DNA from: Minisyncoccota bacterium
Lineage (GTDB): Bacteria; Patescibacteriota; Minisyncoccia; UBA6257; JAGOQP01
NCBI GenBank assembly: GCA_041665445.1
Contig: JBAYIV010000001.1
Span: 6,334 to 70,333 of the forward strand
DNA: 64,000 nucleotides
Direction of reading: 5' to 3'
Every line of letters starts with the position of its first letter. Position 1 is the stretch's first letter. This document shows, piece after piece, positions 1-8,826 of this stretch. A program made the translations under genes and the position numbers. Under the pieces are notes generated by a model, which made no database searches, was not told where the DNA came from, and saw only the letters and a list, made by a program, of their open reading frames with translations.

Positions 1-1
1 G

Positions 2-188
2 GCAAACTTTCTACCGCTCGGGACAACCTTCACCATTCCGCAACTCTATGGAGACAAAACGTTCACCGTTGAGGATCGCATGAATAAGAAATACGACGGT
101 ATGAATACCATTGACGTATGGTTCCCCAACACACAAAAAGCAATTAATTTTGGTCGCCGTGCTGTCGCTATTGTTGTCACAAAATAAC
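2..188 (+). CDS. 3' fragment of an unidentified CDS entering the window (…GTTFTIPQLYGDKTFTVEDRMNKKYDGMNTIDVWFPNTQKAINFGRRAVAIVVTK*)
   Basis: Open frame from the window edge to a TAA at 186-188, read manually and not in the ORF track. Converges on the pnp terminator. No family recognised. Confidence 0.3.
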
Positions 189-303
189 ACGCCATGATGA
201 CCATGCTTTCTGCGCTTGTCACGCTCGGACAAACAATTATCGCCGCGACAATCGGCCGATGGCTGTAGAAAATGAGCGCGACGTTCTAACGGAACAGACT
301 ACA

Positions 304-334
304 TAAAAACCCCGGCATCTTGCCGGGGTTTTTA
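304..334. terminator. Rho-independent, bidirectional terminator downstream of pnp
   Basis: AAAAA-CCCCGGCA-tct-TGCCGGGG-TTTTT. The 8-bp GC stem is flanked by an A-run and a T-run, so it can terminate both strands. Confidence 0.6.
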
Positions 335-363
335 TGTAGCGACAAACTCGTCGTTTTCTTTTC

Positions 364-2523
364 TTAGTGAACAGCACTGTGTGCGCCGTCGTGTGCATCG
401 CCGCCCAACGCCTTGATAGAAAGTCCAATGCGACCGTTCTCTTCAACGCGGATAATTTTTGCACGCACCCGATCGCCGACTTTCAGCACCTCAGACGGGC
501 TTTTTACAAAGCCATTCTTAATTTCAGATACATGCACCATCCCATCCTTGCCGCCGCCCAAATCAACGATGGCGCCCACTTCGAGCAGTTTGATGACGTC
601 TCCTTCAATAATTTCTCCCACCTCGTATTCGTGCGTGATATTGCGGATATAATCGATGGCAGTCGCGACGTGTTCGTGATCCGTTCCCGTTACAAACACC
701 TGTCCATTGTCGTCAATGTCGATTGAGATAAGACCGAATTTTTCAATCATGCCGTTAATAACTTTGCCGCCCGATCCAATAACGCCCCCTATTTGATAGG
801 GCTTAATGGACAGCGACATAATCAGCGGTGCAAACGGAGACAGTTTGGCGCGCGGCGCAGGAAGTTCTTTGGTAATAACGTCCAGTATTTCAAACCGCGC
901 TTTTTGCGCCTGCACCAGCGCACGAGAGAATATCTCCGCATCAATACCTTCGATTTTCACATCCATCTGAAGCGCGGTAATACCGTCGCGCGTGCCGGCA
1001 ACCTTGAGATCCATGTCGCCGTAATGATCTTCGGGGCCCTGAATGTCGGTAAATATTTTGTACTCACTGCGCGTGCTGGCAAGATCAATACCCTGCCACG
1101 TCATAAGCCCCATCGCGATACCCGCAACCGGTTTTTTAATCGGCACGCCCGCATCCATCAACGACAGCGTTGCCGCACAGGTTGTCGCCATTGACGACGA
1201 CCCATTCGACGAAAGCACCTCGGAAACCACGCGAATCGTATAGGGAAACTCTTCTTGCGTCGGGATCACGGTGCGCAACGCTTTTTCCGCCAGTGCCCCA
1301 TGGCCGATTTCGCGGCGCCCCGGCGTTCCCAAACGCTTCACTTCGCCGGTTGAATAGGGCGGAAAATTGTAGTGCAACATAAAGCGCCGCTTACTCAACC
1401 CCTCCATTGTTTCAACCATCTGCTCGGAACCGGGAGCCGCCAGCGTTGTTACCGCTAACGCCTGCGTCTGTCCGCGCATAAATAATCCCGATCCGTGCAA
1501 GCGGGGGAAAAGACCCACCGTTGCATACAGCGGACGGACCTGATCCAGTGCCCGACCATCAACCCGCTCTTCTTTTTCCAAGGCATGCTGGTGGACAATC
1601 TCATTGACGATTGCCTCCCACACATGTTCAATCATTTTCGGTTCATACGCTTTTTCAAGCGCCCAGGCAGAGAGTTCATCTTTAATCGCGCCCGTTTGAG
1701 TGTCACGATCCTGTTTGTCTTTCACAAAAAGTGCCTGCGTCAACGCGTCCCATATATGCGCGCGCACATCGGCAACCTCTGTCGCATCAAACCGCATCAT
1801 CGCTACCTCGGTTTTCGGTTTGCCAAGTTCGGAAGCAATTTTCTTTTGAAAGGCTACCAATTTTTGAATTTCCGCATGCGCCTGCGCAAAAGCATCCTGC
1901 ACGCTCTGCGTGCTGGCGTCCAGTCCACCCAACTCAATCATGTTAATTTTGTTTTCGGTACCGGAGAAGAACGCTTCAAATACTTTCTCTTTGCCCGTTG
2001 CGGCCACCACTTGGGCGTTGGTCGGATTAATCACGTGCTCTTTCCCATCGAACAACATCCGCACGCCCGCAATCGGACCGCGCCACGGAATGTTGGACAT
2101 GGCAAGCGCCATAGACGTGGTCAACAACGCCACAAAATCAGGGTCGTTTTCTTCGTCGTATGAAAGAACGGTTACCACAATCTGCACCTCGCGACGCAGA
2201 CGATCGTCAAAAAGCGGACGAATAGAGCGATCAATCATGCGCCCAGAAAGTACCGCCAAATCAGATGGCCGCCCTTCGCGGCGCACAAAACGACTCCCGA
2301 TGATTTTACCCGCGGCGTAGAATCGCTCTTCGTAATCAACTGACAGTGGGAAAAAATCGGACGGACGATCCTCCTTGCCCATCACCACCGTCACCAGCAC
2401 GTGCGTTTCGCCGTATTTTCCGATAACCGCCGCATTTGCCTGACCAGCAAGGTCGGACATCGTAAAAACCAAGTCGCGCCCGAAAAATGGAAGGGCGTAT
2501 TCCTTTTTGTTTGGTACGTTCAT
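364..2523 (-). CDS. pnp: Polynucleotide phosphorylase (PNPase), 719 aa
   Basis: Two RNase PH-like domains plus C-terminal KH and S1 regions (…GDVIKLLEVGAIVDLGGGKDGMVHVSEI…). Sits in the canonical rpsO-pnp context. Confidence 0.95.
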   Translation of the reverse strand: MNVPNKKEYALPFFGRDLVFTMSDLAGQANAAVIGKYGETHVLVTVVMGKEDRPSDFFPLSVDYEERFYAAGKIIGSRFVRREGRPSDLAVLSGRMIDRSIRPLFDDRLRREVQIVVTVLSYDEENDPDFVALLTTSMALAMSNIPWRGPIAGVRMLFDGKEHVINPTNAQVVAATGKEKVFEAFFSGTENKINMIELGGLDASTQSVQDAFAQAHAEIQKLVAFQKKIASELGKPKTEVAMMRFDATEVADVRAHIWDALTQALFVKDKQDRDTQTGAIKDELSAWALEKAYEPKMIEHVWEAIVNEIVHQHALEKEERVDGRALDQVRPLYATVGLFPRLHGSGLFMRGQTQALAVTTLAAPGSEQMVETMEGLSKRRFMLHYNFPPYSTGEVKRLGTPGRREIGHGALAEKALRTVIPTQEEFPYTIRVVSEVLSSNGSSSMATTCAATLSLMDAGVPIKKPVAGIAMGLMTWQGIDLASTRSEYKIFTDIQGPEDHYGDMDLKVAGTRDGITALQMDVKIEGIDAEIFSRALVQAQKARFEILDVITKELPAPRAKLSPFAPLIMSLSIKPYQIGGVIGSGGKVINGMIEKFGLISIDIDDNGQVFVTGTDHEHVATAIDYIRNITHEYEVGEIIEGDVIKLLEVGAIVDLGGGKDGMVHVSEIKNGFVKSPSEVLKVGDRVRAKIIRVEENGRIGLSIKALGGDAHDGAHSAVH

Positions 2524-2527
2524 ATCC

Positions 2528-3052
2528 CTATCGTGTTTGTTTTATATTCCCGCGACCGCGGATCAGCAATCGTGGGTGCTCTTCTAAATTGGTATACACG
2601 TCAACCGCCTCCTTCAAGCGCGCCGAACCGCTCCGCCCGAATGACGCCACTTCAACTTGGCGCCCCATGCCAAACTGCAGATATTCCACCAGCGGGATAA
2701 AATCACCGTCTCCCGTCACCAGAATAACGACATCAAGAAACGATGCCATGCGAATCGCATCAACCGCCATCCCCACATCCCAATCCGCTTTTTTGCTCCC
2801 ATCGGCAAAAATCTGCAAATCTTTCATGCGCAGTTCAATGCCGTTTTTTTCTAACACATCAAAAAACGACGCCTCGCCCAGCGAGCTGTCGCTTTTAACC
2901 ACATACCCGATGGAACGAATTAGCTTCCGGCGTCCCACTAATGTTTTTACCAGTTGCGGAAAATTAACCTTTGCCTGATAGAGGTGTTTTGCCGAATGAT
3001 AAATGTTCTGGATGTCGATAAACACCCCAACGCGCTGGTCTAGAAACTCCAT
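2528..3052 (-). CDS. NYN/LabA-like (PIN-like) predicted ribonuclease domain protein, 174 aa
   Basis: VGVFIDIQNIY…VILVTGDGDFIPLV is the typical NYN/LabA signature. Lies between rpsO and pnp with 3-5 nt gaps. Confidence 0.75.
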   Translation of the reverse strand: MEFLDQRVGVFIDIQNIYHSAKHLYQAKVNFPQLVKTLVGRRKLIRSIGYVVKSDSSLGEASFFDVLEKNGIELRMKDLQIFADGSKKADWDVGMAVDAIRMASFLDVVILVTGDGDFIPLVEYLQFGMGRQVEVASFGRSGSARLKEAVDVYTNLEEHPRLLIRGRGNIKQTR

Positions 3053-3054
3053 TG

Positions 3055-3321
3055 TTATTTTTTGAGCCCAAGTTTTTTGATGAGTTTGCTGTAGGCGGTC
3101 TCATCGGTGCGTTGTAAAAACACCAAAAGCTTGCGGCGCATGGATACCATTTTTAAAAGCCCTCGCCGAGACGAGTTGTCCTTCGGATTTGCTTTTAAAT
3201 GCTTGGTCAGCTCCTCAATTTGACGCGATAAAAGACCGATCTGGACCGGTGCGGAACCCGTATCGGTATCGTGTGCGCGGACCTCTTTGATAACATTTTG
3301 TTTCTTTCGTGGTGTAAGCAT
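3055..3321 (-). CDS. rpsO: 30S ribosomal protein S15
   Basis: 88-aa protein with S15 motifs (…GSAPVQIGLLSRQIEELTKHLKANPKDNSSRRGLLKMVSMRRKLL…). Immediately upstream of pnp. Confidence 0.95.
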   Translation of the reverse strand: MLTPRKKQNVIKEVRAHDTDTGSAPVQIGLLSRQIEELTKHLKANPKDNSSRRGLLKMVSMRRKLLVFLQRTDETAYSKLIKKLGLKK

Positions 3322-3389
3322 TGCTTCGCACTATACGCCGTTTGCGGTTTAAAGTCAACGCGCACCTGTTGCGCTCACTGGCGCAAAAA

Positions 3390-3424
3390 GCCGAAAAAAA
3401 CGGCCGCCTCCCGAAAGAGGCGAC
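3390..3424 (-). terminator. Putative intrinsic terminator/attenuator between the upstream hypothetical gene and rpsO
   Basis: Minus strand reads CGCCTC-tttcggg-GAGGCG followed by GCCGTTTTTTTCGG. Confidence 0.4.
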
Positions 3425-3435
3425 CGAAGAACGTG

Positions 3436-3813
3436 CTACAACCGCAAAAATTCAGACTTTGGCCGACCTTCCTCGGCAAGATGCGGATACCAGAGACCGC
3501 AAATGATATCTGCCAGAACAACGATTGAGACCGAGCATCCTTCAATAAGCAGGATGCCGTCGTCTGCCGATACACTCGCCAACGCCCCGGGACATTCGCG
3601 ATTAATCTTCCAAACCAAGGGGTCAAGATCAACCCCTCGGGCGGTGAGCCAATCGGAAACGCGCCGCATAATCGCCGGCCGTCTTCCGCCGCGGCACGCC
3701 GCGCATGCGTCGGGCGACACTGATGCACCTGGCTCGTGTTGGCCGAAGGGATAGTTGAGGGCTAGCTCAAGCAAATCATTCACAACCTCAAACTTTGTCC
3801 TTCCGTCATCCAT
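3436..3813 (-). CDS. Hypothetical Cys-containing protein, 125 aa
   Basis: Strong SD (AAAGGGAGGTG, 6-nt spacer) before the ATG. Several Cys residues (CAAC…C…C). No family recognised. Confidence 0.5.
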   Translation of the reverse strand: MDDGRTKFEVVNDLLELALNYPFGQHEPGASVSPDACAACRGGRRPAIMRRVSDWLTARGVDLDPLVWKINRECPGALASVSADDGILLIEGCSVSIVVLADIICGLWYPHLAEEGRPKSEFLRL

Positions 3814-3939
3814 AGCGCCACCTCCCTTTCAATAAACGCCATCCGCAAAAATCCTCCGACAAAGAACGAAAAACAGCACACTGCCGTCGTAAGCAAACAA
3901 AACCGTTATAGTACATAGCACGGAACAAGAGGCCGGTCA

Positions 3940-3963
3940 AGAAAAAGCCCGCATAATGCGGGC
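3940..3963 (-). terminator. Rho-independent terminator (GCCCGCA-taa-TGCGGGC + T-run on minus)
   Basis: 7-bp GC stem with a 3-nt loop, followed on the minus strand by TTTTTCTTGACC. Downstream of gene 3987..4250. Confidence 0.6.
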
Positions 3964-3986
3964 ACGGTATCGGGTGGCACGAGCGC

Positions 3987-4250
3987 TTACCCGAAAACCG
4001 GATGTGGCTCCCACGCTTCGATGGTTTGATCAATAAAACGGAAGAGCATTTCCATCCCTTCGTCGGTTTCAACCAAATCGAGGGGGCGCATGCCGCCTAA
4101 TCCGATATATCGAGTCCGGGCAAATTTAGAAAAACCCTCGTCATCGAGCAATCCCCCAATGCGTTCCCGAAGAGAGTCAATCGTCTTCTGCCAGCAAGCC
4201 AATTTTTTTTCAAGGCGCGTATCCATCTTCACATTCGCGATTGCGTCCAT
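3987..4250 (-). CDS. Small protein with a DUF2384-like (Xre/MbcA/ParS antitoxin toxin-binding-domain-like) C-terminal motif, 87 aa
   Basis: SD AAGGAGG before the ATG. C-terminal motif F..T.R..GLGG..PLDLVET.EG…L.RFI matches the W…LgG.sPleLL.T..G…V consensus I recall for DUF2384. No N-terminal HTH. Confidence 0.5.
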   Translation of the reverse strand: MDAIANVKMDTRLEKKLACWQKTIDSLRERIGGLLDDEGFSKFARTRYIGLGGMRPLDLVETDEGMEMLFRFIDQTIEAWEPHPVFG

Positions 4251-4371
4251 CGTCTCCTCCTTAAGATAACCGCCTCAAAAACAAGCGTGCTGTGCTGAGT
4301 ATGTTCCCGCAGAAAATAAAAATCAACCACCAAAAACAATCACACGACCCGCAAGCACCACACTGGTCAAA

Positions 4372-4394
4372 GAAAAAGCCCGCATGGTGCGGGC
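4372..4394 (-). terminator. Rho-independent terminator (GCCCGCA-tgg-TGCGGGC + T-run on minus), a near-copy of the 3940..3963 element
   Basis: Same stem as the 3940 terminator, with the same flanking …GGTCAA(A)GAAAAAGCCCGCAT…TGCGGGC… context. Downstream of gene 4429..4650. Confidence 0.6.
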
Positions 4395-4428
4395 TGGTTG
4401 TACGAGACACCGGATGAAGAGCGAGCAA

Positions 4429-4650
4429 TTACGACATTTCGCCGGCTTTACTTCCCTTAACAAAGTCCAAGACTCTGTGGAGTCCGGCTTTGCCGTTGGT
4501 CTCCAGATAGTCCAGGGGGGATAAGCCGTCCAAGCCGGCCTGCTTGGTTTTCATGAAGTCCCAGAACTTCTTCTCGCTATTACCCAGAGCGCTTCCGACG
4601 GCCTCGCGAACCTTAATGATGGCCTTATACAAATCGATTTTCTTCCCCAT
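4429..4650 (-). CDS. Paralogous DUF2384-like small protein, 73 aa (ORF-track entry trimmed to the internal Met at MGKKIDLYK)
   Basis: SD AAAGGAGG with a 5-nt spacer before the ATG at 4650. …FWDFMKTKQAGLDGLSPLDYLETNGKAGLHRVLDFVKG aligns with the C-terminus of the 3987..4250 product. The longer ORF-track start would run into the xer promoter. Confidence 0.5.
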   Translation of the reverse strand: MGKKIDLYKAIIKVREAVGSALGNSEKKFWDFMKTKQAGLDGLSPLDYLETNGKAGLHRVLDFVKGSKAGEMS

Positions 4651-4857
4651 CGGAACCTCCTTTGTGAGCAGCACCAGCGCTGCGTTCTGCACATACTCAA
4701 ACACATCAATGATGTTTTTGCAATACCAATGTGTCGCACAATATTTTGTGGTACAATGGAAATGCACCATAAAAAATGAAGGGAGTGAGATCGGTTGTTT
4801 TTTCCCATCTTTCCATCTTTCCATCTTTAATTTTTTATATTTGATTTTTGCATTTTC

Positions 4858-5769
4858 ATGTCCGCCATACAATCCCATCTCAAAGACTATCTGGACTATC
4901 TGGAAATAGAAAAAAACCGATCCCCCAAAACTGTGGACAACTATCGGCGGTATCTTGAGGCATTTATTACCGAAGAAAAAATTGCATCAGTGAGCAACCT
5001 CACCAACGATGCCATTCGGCGTTTTCGCATCACGCTCTCGCGCAAAATCGTCGACGGCCAGCCGCTTAAAAAAATCACCCAGAACTACTACGTAATCGCG
5101 ATACGCAATTTTCTCAAATTCCTCATCAAGCGCAACATCACACCTCCGGTTCTTCCGGACCAAATTGAGCTCCCCAAAATCCCCCAACGGCAGATTGATA
5201 TCATGGACTACGCTGACCTGGAACGATTTTTGTCGGGTCCGTCGGGCGATTCTCTGCGCGCGCTGCGCGACCGCGCGCTTTTGGAAACATTGTTTTCCAC
5301 CGGCCTGCGCGTCTCCGAACTCTGTTCGCTATCGCGCTACATTGATCTGGAGCGGGGTGAAACAACAATCCGCGGCAAAGGAAGTAAGTTGCGCGTCATC
5401 TTTTTTTCCGATCGCGCCACGACCGCCGTGCGCGCCTATTTGGATAAGCGCGGTGATGCCGAAGAAGCACTCTTCGTCAGTCTATCAAAAGCAAAAAATC
5501 CCAAGGTCATCGGCCCCATCATTCCCCGCACCGTCCAGCGGCTGGTGCAACTCTATGCCCACAAAGCCGGCATCCTGGGCACGGTAACGCCCCATCAATT
5601 GCGCCATCAGTTTGCCACCGACCTGCTCATGAACGGCGCCGACATCCGTTCGGTCCAGGCGCTCTTGGGACACGCCAACATTTCAACCACGCAGATGTAT
5701 ACCCACGTCACCAACCGCGAACTTAAAAATATCCACGACGCATTCCACGGCAAGCGCCGCGCAAAATAA
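4858..5769 (+). CDS. XerC/XerD-family tyrosine site-specific recombinase, 303 aa
   Basis: N-terminal core-binding domain (LKDYLDYLEIEKNRSPKTVDNYRRYLEAF). Catalytic C-terminus …HQLRHQFATDLLMNGADIRSVQALLGHANISTTQMYTHV with the R…HxxR…Y motif order. Confidence 0.9.
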   Translation: MSAIQSHLKDYLDYLEIEKNRSPKTVDNYRRYLEAFITEEKIASVSNLTNDAIRRFRITLSRKIVDGQPLKKITQNYYVIAIRNFLKFLIKRNITPPVLPDQIELPKIPQRQIDIMDYADLERFLSGPSGDSLRALRDRALLETLFSTGLRVSELCSLSRYIDLERGETTIRGKGSKLRVIFFSDRATTAVRAYLDKRGDAEEALFVSLSKAKNPKVIGPIIPRTVQRLVQLYAHKAGILGTVTPHQLRHQFATDLLMNGADIRSVQALLGHANISTTQMYTHVTNRELKNIHDAFHGKRRAK

Positions 5770-5800
5770 AACCCGTCATGCACACACCATGCACAACGGG

Positions 5801-6079
5801 TCATTCCTTCAGGCGCGCGCTTCTTTTGAGAAGAAACATCGCACCCACTATGGACGAGAGGAATCCGCGCTCCGCCGCGTACGCGCTGTAATCAATCACC
5901 GCCGCGTACGCCCCTGCGGAGAGAAACCGCCCCGCGTTCCACTCATAGAATATGAGCGAGAGCCACACGGCGGCGACAAACGCTTCTGGCGAATCAAGTC
6001 GCTTGAGCTGATCCGTCAGAAAACATTCGTCTTCCTCCCATCCGGGCCGCCGGCAATACACGCGAAGCCCTCGCTCCAT
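5801..6079 (-). CDS. Hypothetical protein (about 92 aa; ORF trimmed to the internal Met to avoid a 128-nt overlap)
   Basis: Open frame only, no recognisable family. Start chosen at MERGLRVY. Confidence 0.3.
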   Translation of the reverse strand: MERGLRVYCRRPGWEEDECFLTDQLKRLDSPEAFVAAVWLSLIFYEWNAGRFLSAGAYAAVIDYSAYAAERGFLSSIVGAMFLLKRSARLKE

Positions 6080-6092
6080 TACCGGCGCCACA

Positions 6093-6437
6093 TCAGCGGC
6101 GGGGCACACGATTACCTCCCATCTGCTTGAGCACTTCCCACATGCTCGTTTCGACGATGGCACGCGCCGATCCCTTTTTGGCCACGCTGTCGCCGTGGGC
6201 CGGATCAATCGCATACTCAATCATCGCGTGCCGCGACTGGCTGGTCAAAACATCCGGTGCGCACGACAGGTACAAAAAGGAAATTTCTTTCTCCTCCTCG
6301 GTAAGATGCTTATTGCCAAGGATGAGCGCCAATCCCTCTTGCGCCTCTTCATGTTCCGGACGATGCGCCATAAGCCGAAGCCCCAACTGATGGATCGCAA
6401 AAAGGCGAAACACGAGATTGTTGCCACTTCCATCCAT
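6093..6437 (-). CDS. Hypothetical protein, 114 aa
   Basis: Open frame in the same orientation as its neighbours. No family recognised. Confidence 0.35.
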   Translation of the reverse strand: MDGSGNNLVFRLFAIHQLGLRLMAHRPEHEEAQEGLALILGNKHLTEEEKEISFLYLSCAPDVLTSQSRHAMIEYAIDPAHGDSVAKKGSARAIVETSMWEVLKQMGGNRVPRR

Positions 6438-6540
6438 ACGTCACCTCTCTTTCTTTTTTTGGTTTATGTCACAATGAGCCAAATCTATTATGCAATTTTT
6501 TAAGCAGATAGTCAAACTTTACATTACTACTACCACCACC

Positions 6541-6575
6541 AAAAACTCCCTTCGCCGATTGGCGAGGGGAGTTTT
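6541..6575 (-). terminator. Intrinsic terminator downstream of the surface-protein gene
   Basis: AAAACTCCC-TTCGCC-gatt-GGCGAgG-GGAGTTTT is a nested GC hairpin, followed on the minus strand by a T-run. Confidence 0.55.
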
Positions 6576-6597
6576 AAATATCGTCGAAAAGTAAATC

Positions 6598-8565
6598 CTA
6601 GTGCATCGCCTGCAATTGAGCCACGAGCATCGCGACTAATTGTTGGAGCAATTGCACCAACACTCCCTGCAATTCAACAATCTTGGCTCTCACCTGCTCG
6701 GTGGTCATCGTGCCGCCAGTCGTGGTTGTTCCCGTGCTGGTTGCCGTCGTGGTCGTCGTAGACGGAGCGGTGTTGGACACCGTTACCGTAATGCCGGCGG
6801 CCGGCGTTTCGCGATTACCCACCCAATCGGACGCGCGCGTCTGAACGGTATAGGTTCCGGCGGTCGGGTTTGTCCAGTTGTACGTCCATGTGACGTTGGT
6901 TCCGGTATCTCCCGCATTTACATTCGCCGAATGCCATGATGTTCCCCCATCGGTGCTCACCTCAACCATCTGGATTGACGATCCGCCCGTATCCTGCGCC
7001 GTACCGCTAATAGTAACGATTGGCGCAACCATCACGGTCGAATTGGTCGCTGGTGATGTGATAAACGATGTTGGTGCCGTCATATCGTGCGGGCCCGATG
7101 ATGATGAAGGCGCCACACACGAAGGACTTGGGTCAGAAACCAATGACACGATTGAATCTCCCGCCTTGCCCAGCATTGCGCCAAAGTAGTAGCGCGTGCT
7201 CGGGTTAAGGCCGGTCACTAATTGCTGAACACTTGAACCCTGCGCCGAAGCCGGCGCCCATGTCTGTGTATAGGTCGTTGGTCCAGCTCCCCAGTTACCA
7301 TCGGTAATTGCCGAAGCATAGGTCTTAACCACATAGCCGGTAAAGAGTCCCGACGTGGTCTGTGCTGTTTCCGTCCAGCGGACCCACACTGCACCCGCCT
7401 GTCCGGACGACTCACAGGTCATGTTAGCAATCTTGTTCTTGGCGATAATAACCGTATCGGTTCCCACCTTGGTGTTTCCCGTGGCGGTCACCGTAATAGG
7501 TGAACCATCAGTATCTAATTGAATATTCCCCGACCACACACCCGCATTCCCCGTAAACGATGCTTGAGCGATGGAAGCCGGATAAACCAACCCCGCGCTC
7601 GCCGTTAACGCAACCGCGCCAGCTCCATAGCCCAATGTCGTTGCATTGTTATAGACATCTTCTCCAGTAATTGTCGTTGCCACCAAAGCGCCCGTGACAC
7701 TTGATGCGGGTGTGATAACAACCGCGAAGTGATCAAGCACGTCTGGTGTAACGGTAATGGCCGACTGCGTTCCGGTGATTGTTCCTGTAATCGTATCAGT
7801 CGCCGTCACCGTCCGCTCTCCGGCGGTCTTGAGAATAAATCCATTCGCAAATGTGCGCGACCCATTGTCTCCTCCCACAAACGTATAATCAATTCCTCCC
7901 TGCAAAACAGCAGCCGGGTCATTTGAGGTAAAGTGAACCGTTCCCGTATAACCAGTAGCGGTGTTACCAAATTGATCAAGTGCCGTAACGTTTCCTCCCA
8001 CGCTCGTTCCGGCAACCACTGGGTCAGTGATGCCAGAAACGCTCAGGGTCGCGGCAGTGCCCGGAATTTGCGTCAACGTTCCAAAGTTCGTTGCGCCCGT
8101 AATTCCCGTAATCGTGCCGGACGTCATGAGGATATTCCCCGGAGCGTGTATCGGCGTGCCGGCGGCCACCTTTGCTTTTATCGCCGTCACACCTCCGATT
8201 GTCATCGTCCCCGCAACAGAAGATACATTACCGATCGTGATGGTCAGTGTGGTCGGCGCAACGGTCGCCGTTGCACTTCCCGCCAAACCAGCGCCGGTAT
8301 ACACCACATCCGGTGTTGAGCCGGTATCAAAGGTAAAACCAGCCGGTGCCGTAAGCACAATAGATCCCACCGCAATATCGCCGGCGGCTCCTTCAGTAAC
8401 GACGATGTTGGGCAGGGTAGCCGATGTGCCCGTCAAACTATCGGAACTCACATTGGCGGTCGCCGGCGTGCTAACGGAGGCGGCGGCAAATGCCTGCGGG
8501 GCCAACCCGATCGTTGCACCCAGCGCCAAAAGTCCGATTAAAAATACATACGCTGTTTTTTTCAT
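6598..8565 (-). CDS. Large secreted T/G/A/S-rich surface protein, 655 aa, with a C-terminal amphipathic helix
   Basis: Signal peptide MKKTAYVFLIGLLALGATIGLAPQAFA. Long low-complexity β-rich body with Ig-like segments. C-terminal TTTTATSTGTTTTGG linker then EQVRAKIVELQGVLVQLLQQLVAMLVAQLQAMH helix. Confidence 0.75.
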   Translation of the reverse strand: MKKTAYVFLIGLLALGATIGLAPQAFAAASVSTPATANVSSDSLTGTSATLPNIVVTEGAAGDIAVGSIVLTAPAGFTFDTGSTPDVVYTGAGLAGSATATVAPTTLTITIGNVSSVAGTMTIGGVTAIKAKVAAGTPIHAPGNILMTSGTITGITGATNFGTLTQIPGTAATLSVSGITDPVVAGTSVGGNVTALDQFGNTATGYTGTVHFTSNDPAAVLQGGIDYTFVGGDNGSRTFANGFILKTAGERTVTATDTITGTITGTQSAITVTPDVLDHFAVVITPASSVTGALVATTITGEDVYNNATTLGYGAGAVALTASAGLVYPASIAQASFTGNAGVWSGNIQLDTDGSPITVTATGNTKVGTDTVIIAKNKIANMTCESSGQAGAVWVRWTETAQTTSGLFTGYVVKTYASAITDGNWGAGPTTYTQTWAPASAQGSSVQQLVTGLNPSTRYYFGAMLGKAGDSIVSLVSDPSPSCVAPSSSSGPHDMTAPTSFITSPATNSTVMVAPIVTISGTAQDTGGSSIQMVEVSTDGGTSWHSANVNAGDTGTNVTWTYNWTNPTAGTYTVQTRASDWVGNRETPAAGITVTVSNTAPSTTTTTATSTGTTTTGGTMTTEQVRAKIVELQGVLVQLLQQLVAMLVAQLQAMH

Positions 8566-8767
8566 TTTTTTATTTTACTTACTATTAAAAAATATTTATA
8601 GAAACATTCGCCTAATAACTTCCACCACAATACACGAAAATATCGACCCACTCGTGATGTTTGCTTCAGTATACACTAACCCCAAAAAGCAAGCAATTTA
8701 AAAACTGTGCATAAGGCATCTGGGGAGAAAATGAGGTGGCGTTAAAATCCGCGCGCCTCTGCAAAAC

Positions 8768-8795
8768 TAAAAACCGCCCTTGCGGGCGGTTTTTA
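8768..8795 (-). terminator. Rho-independent terminator (AAAAACCGCCC-ttgc-GGGCGGTTTTT), bidirectional
   Basis: 7-bp GC stem flanked by A- and T-runs. Downstream of gene 8827..11682. Confidence 0.6.
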
Positions 8796-8826
8796 GTTTG
8801 TACGTGCTTACAAAAGCACGACAACA

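Noticed and set aside
237-464. 75-aa minus-strand ORF across the pnp terminator and pnp 3' end (also 11..232)
   Set aside because: It overlaps the pnp stop and terminator hairpin. Arg-rich, low-plausibility translation.
5801-6220. Full 139-aa ORF as given in the track
   Set aside because: Its first 47 codons overlap the upstream gene 6093..6437 by 128 nt in another frame; trimmed to the internal Met at 6079.
8027-8701. 224-aa plus-strand ORF (and several others: 6640..6939, 6878..7189, 9116..10687) antisense to the surface-protein genes
   Set aside because: These are antisense frames in high-GC, repeat-rich coding sequence; there are no start contexts, and they are fully contained in long, well-supported minus-strand genes.
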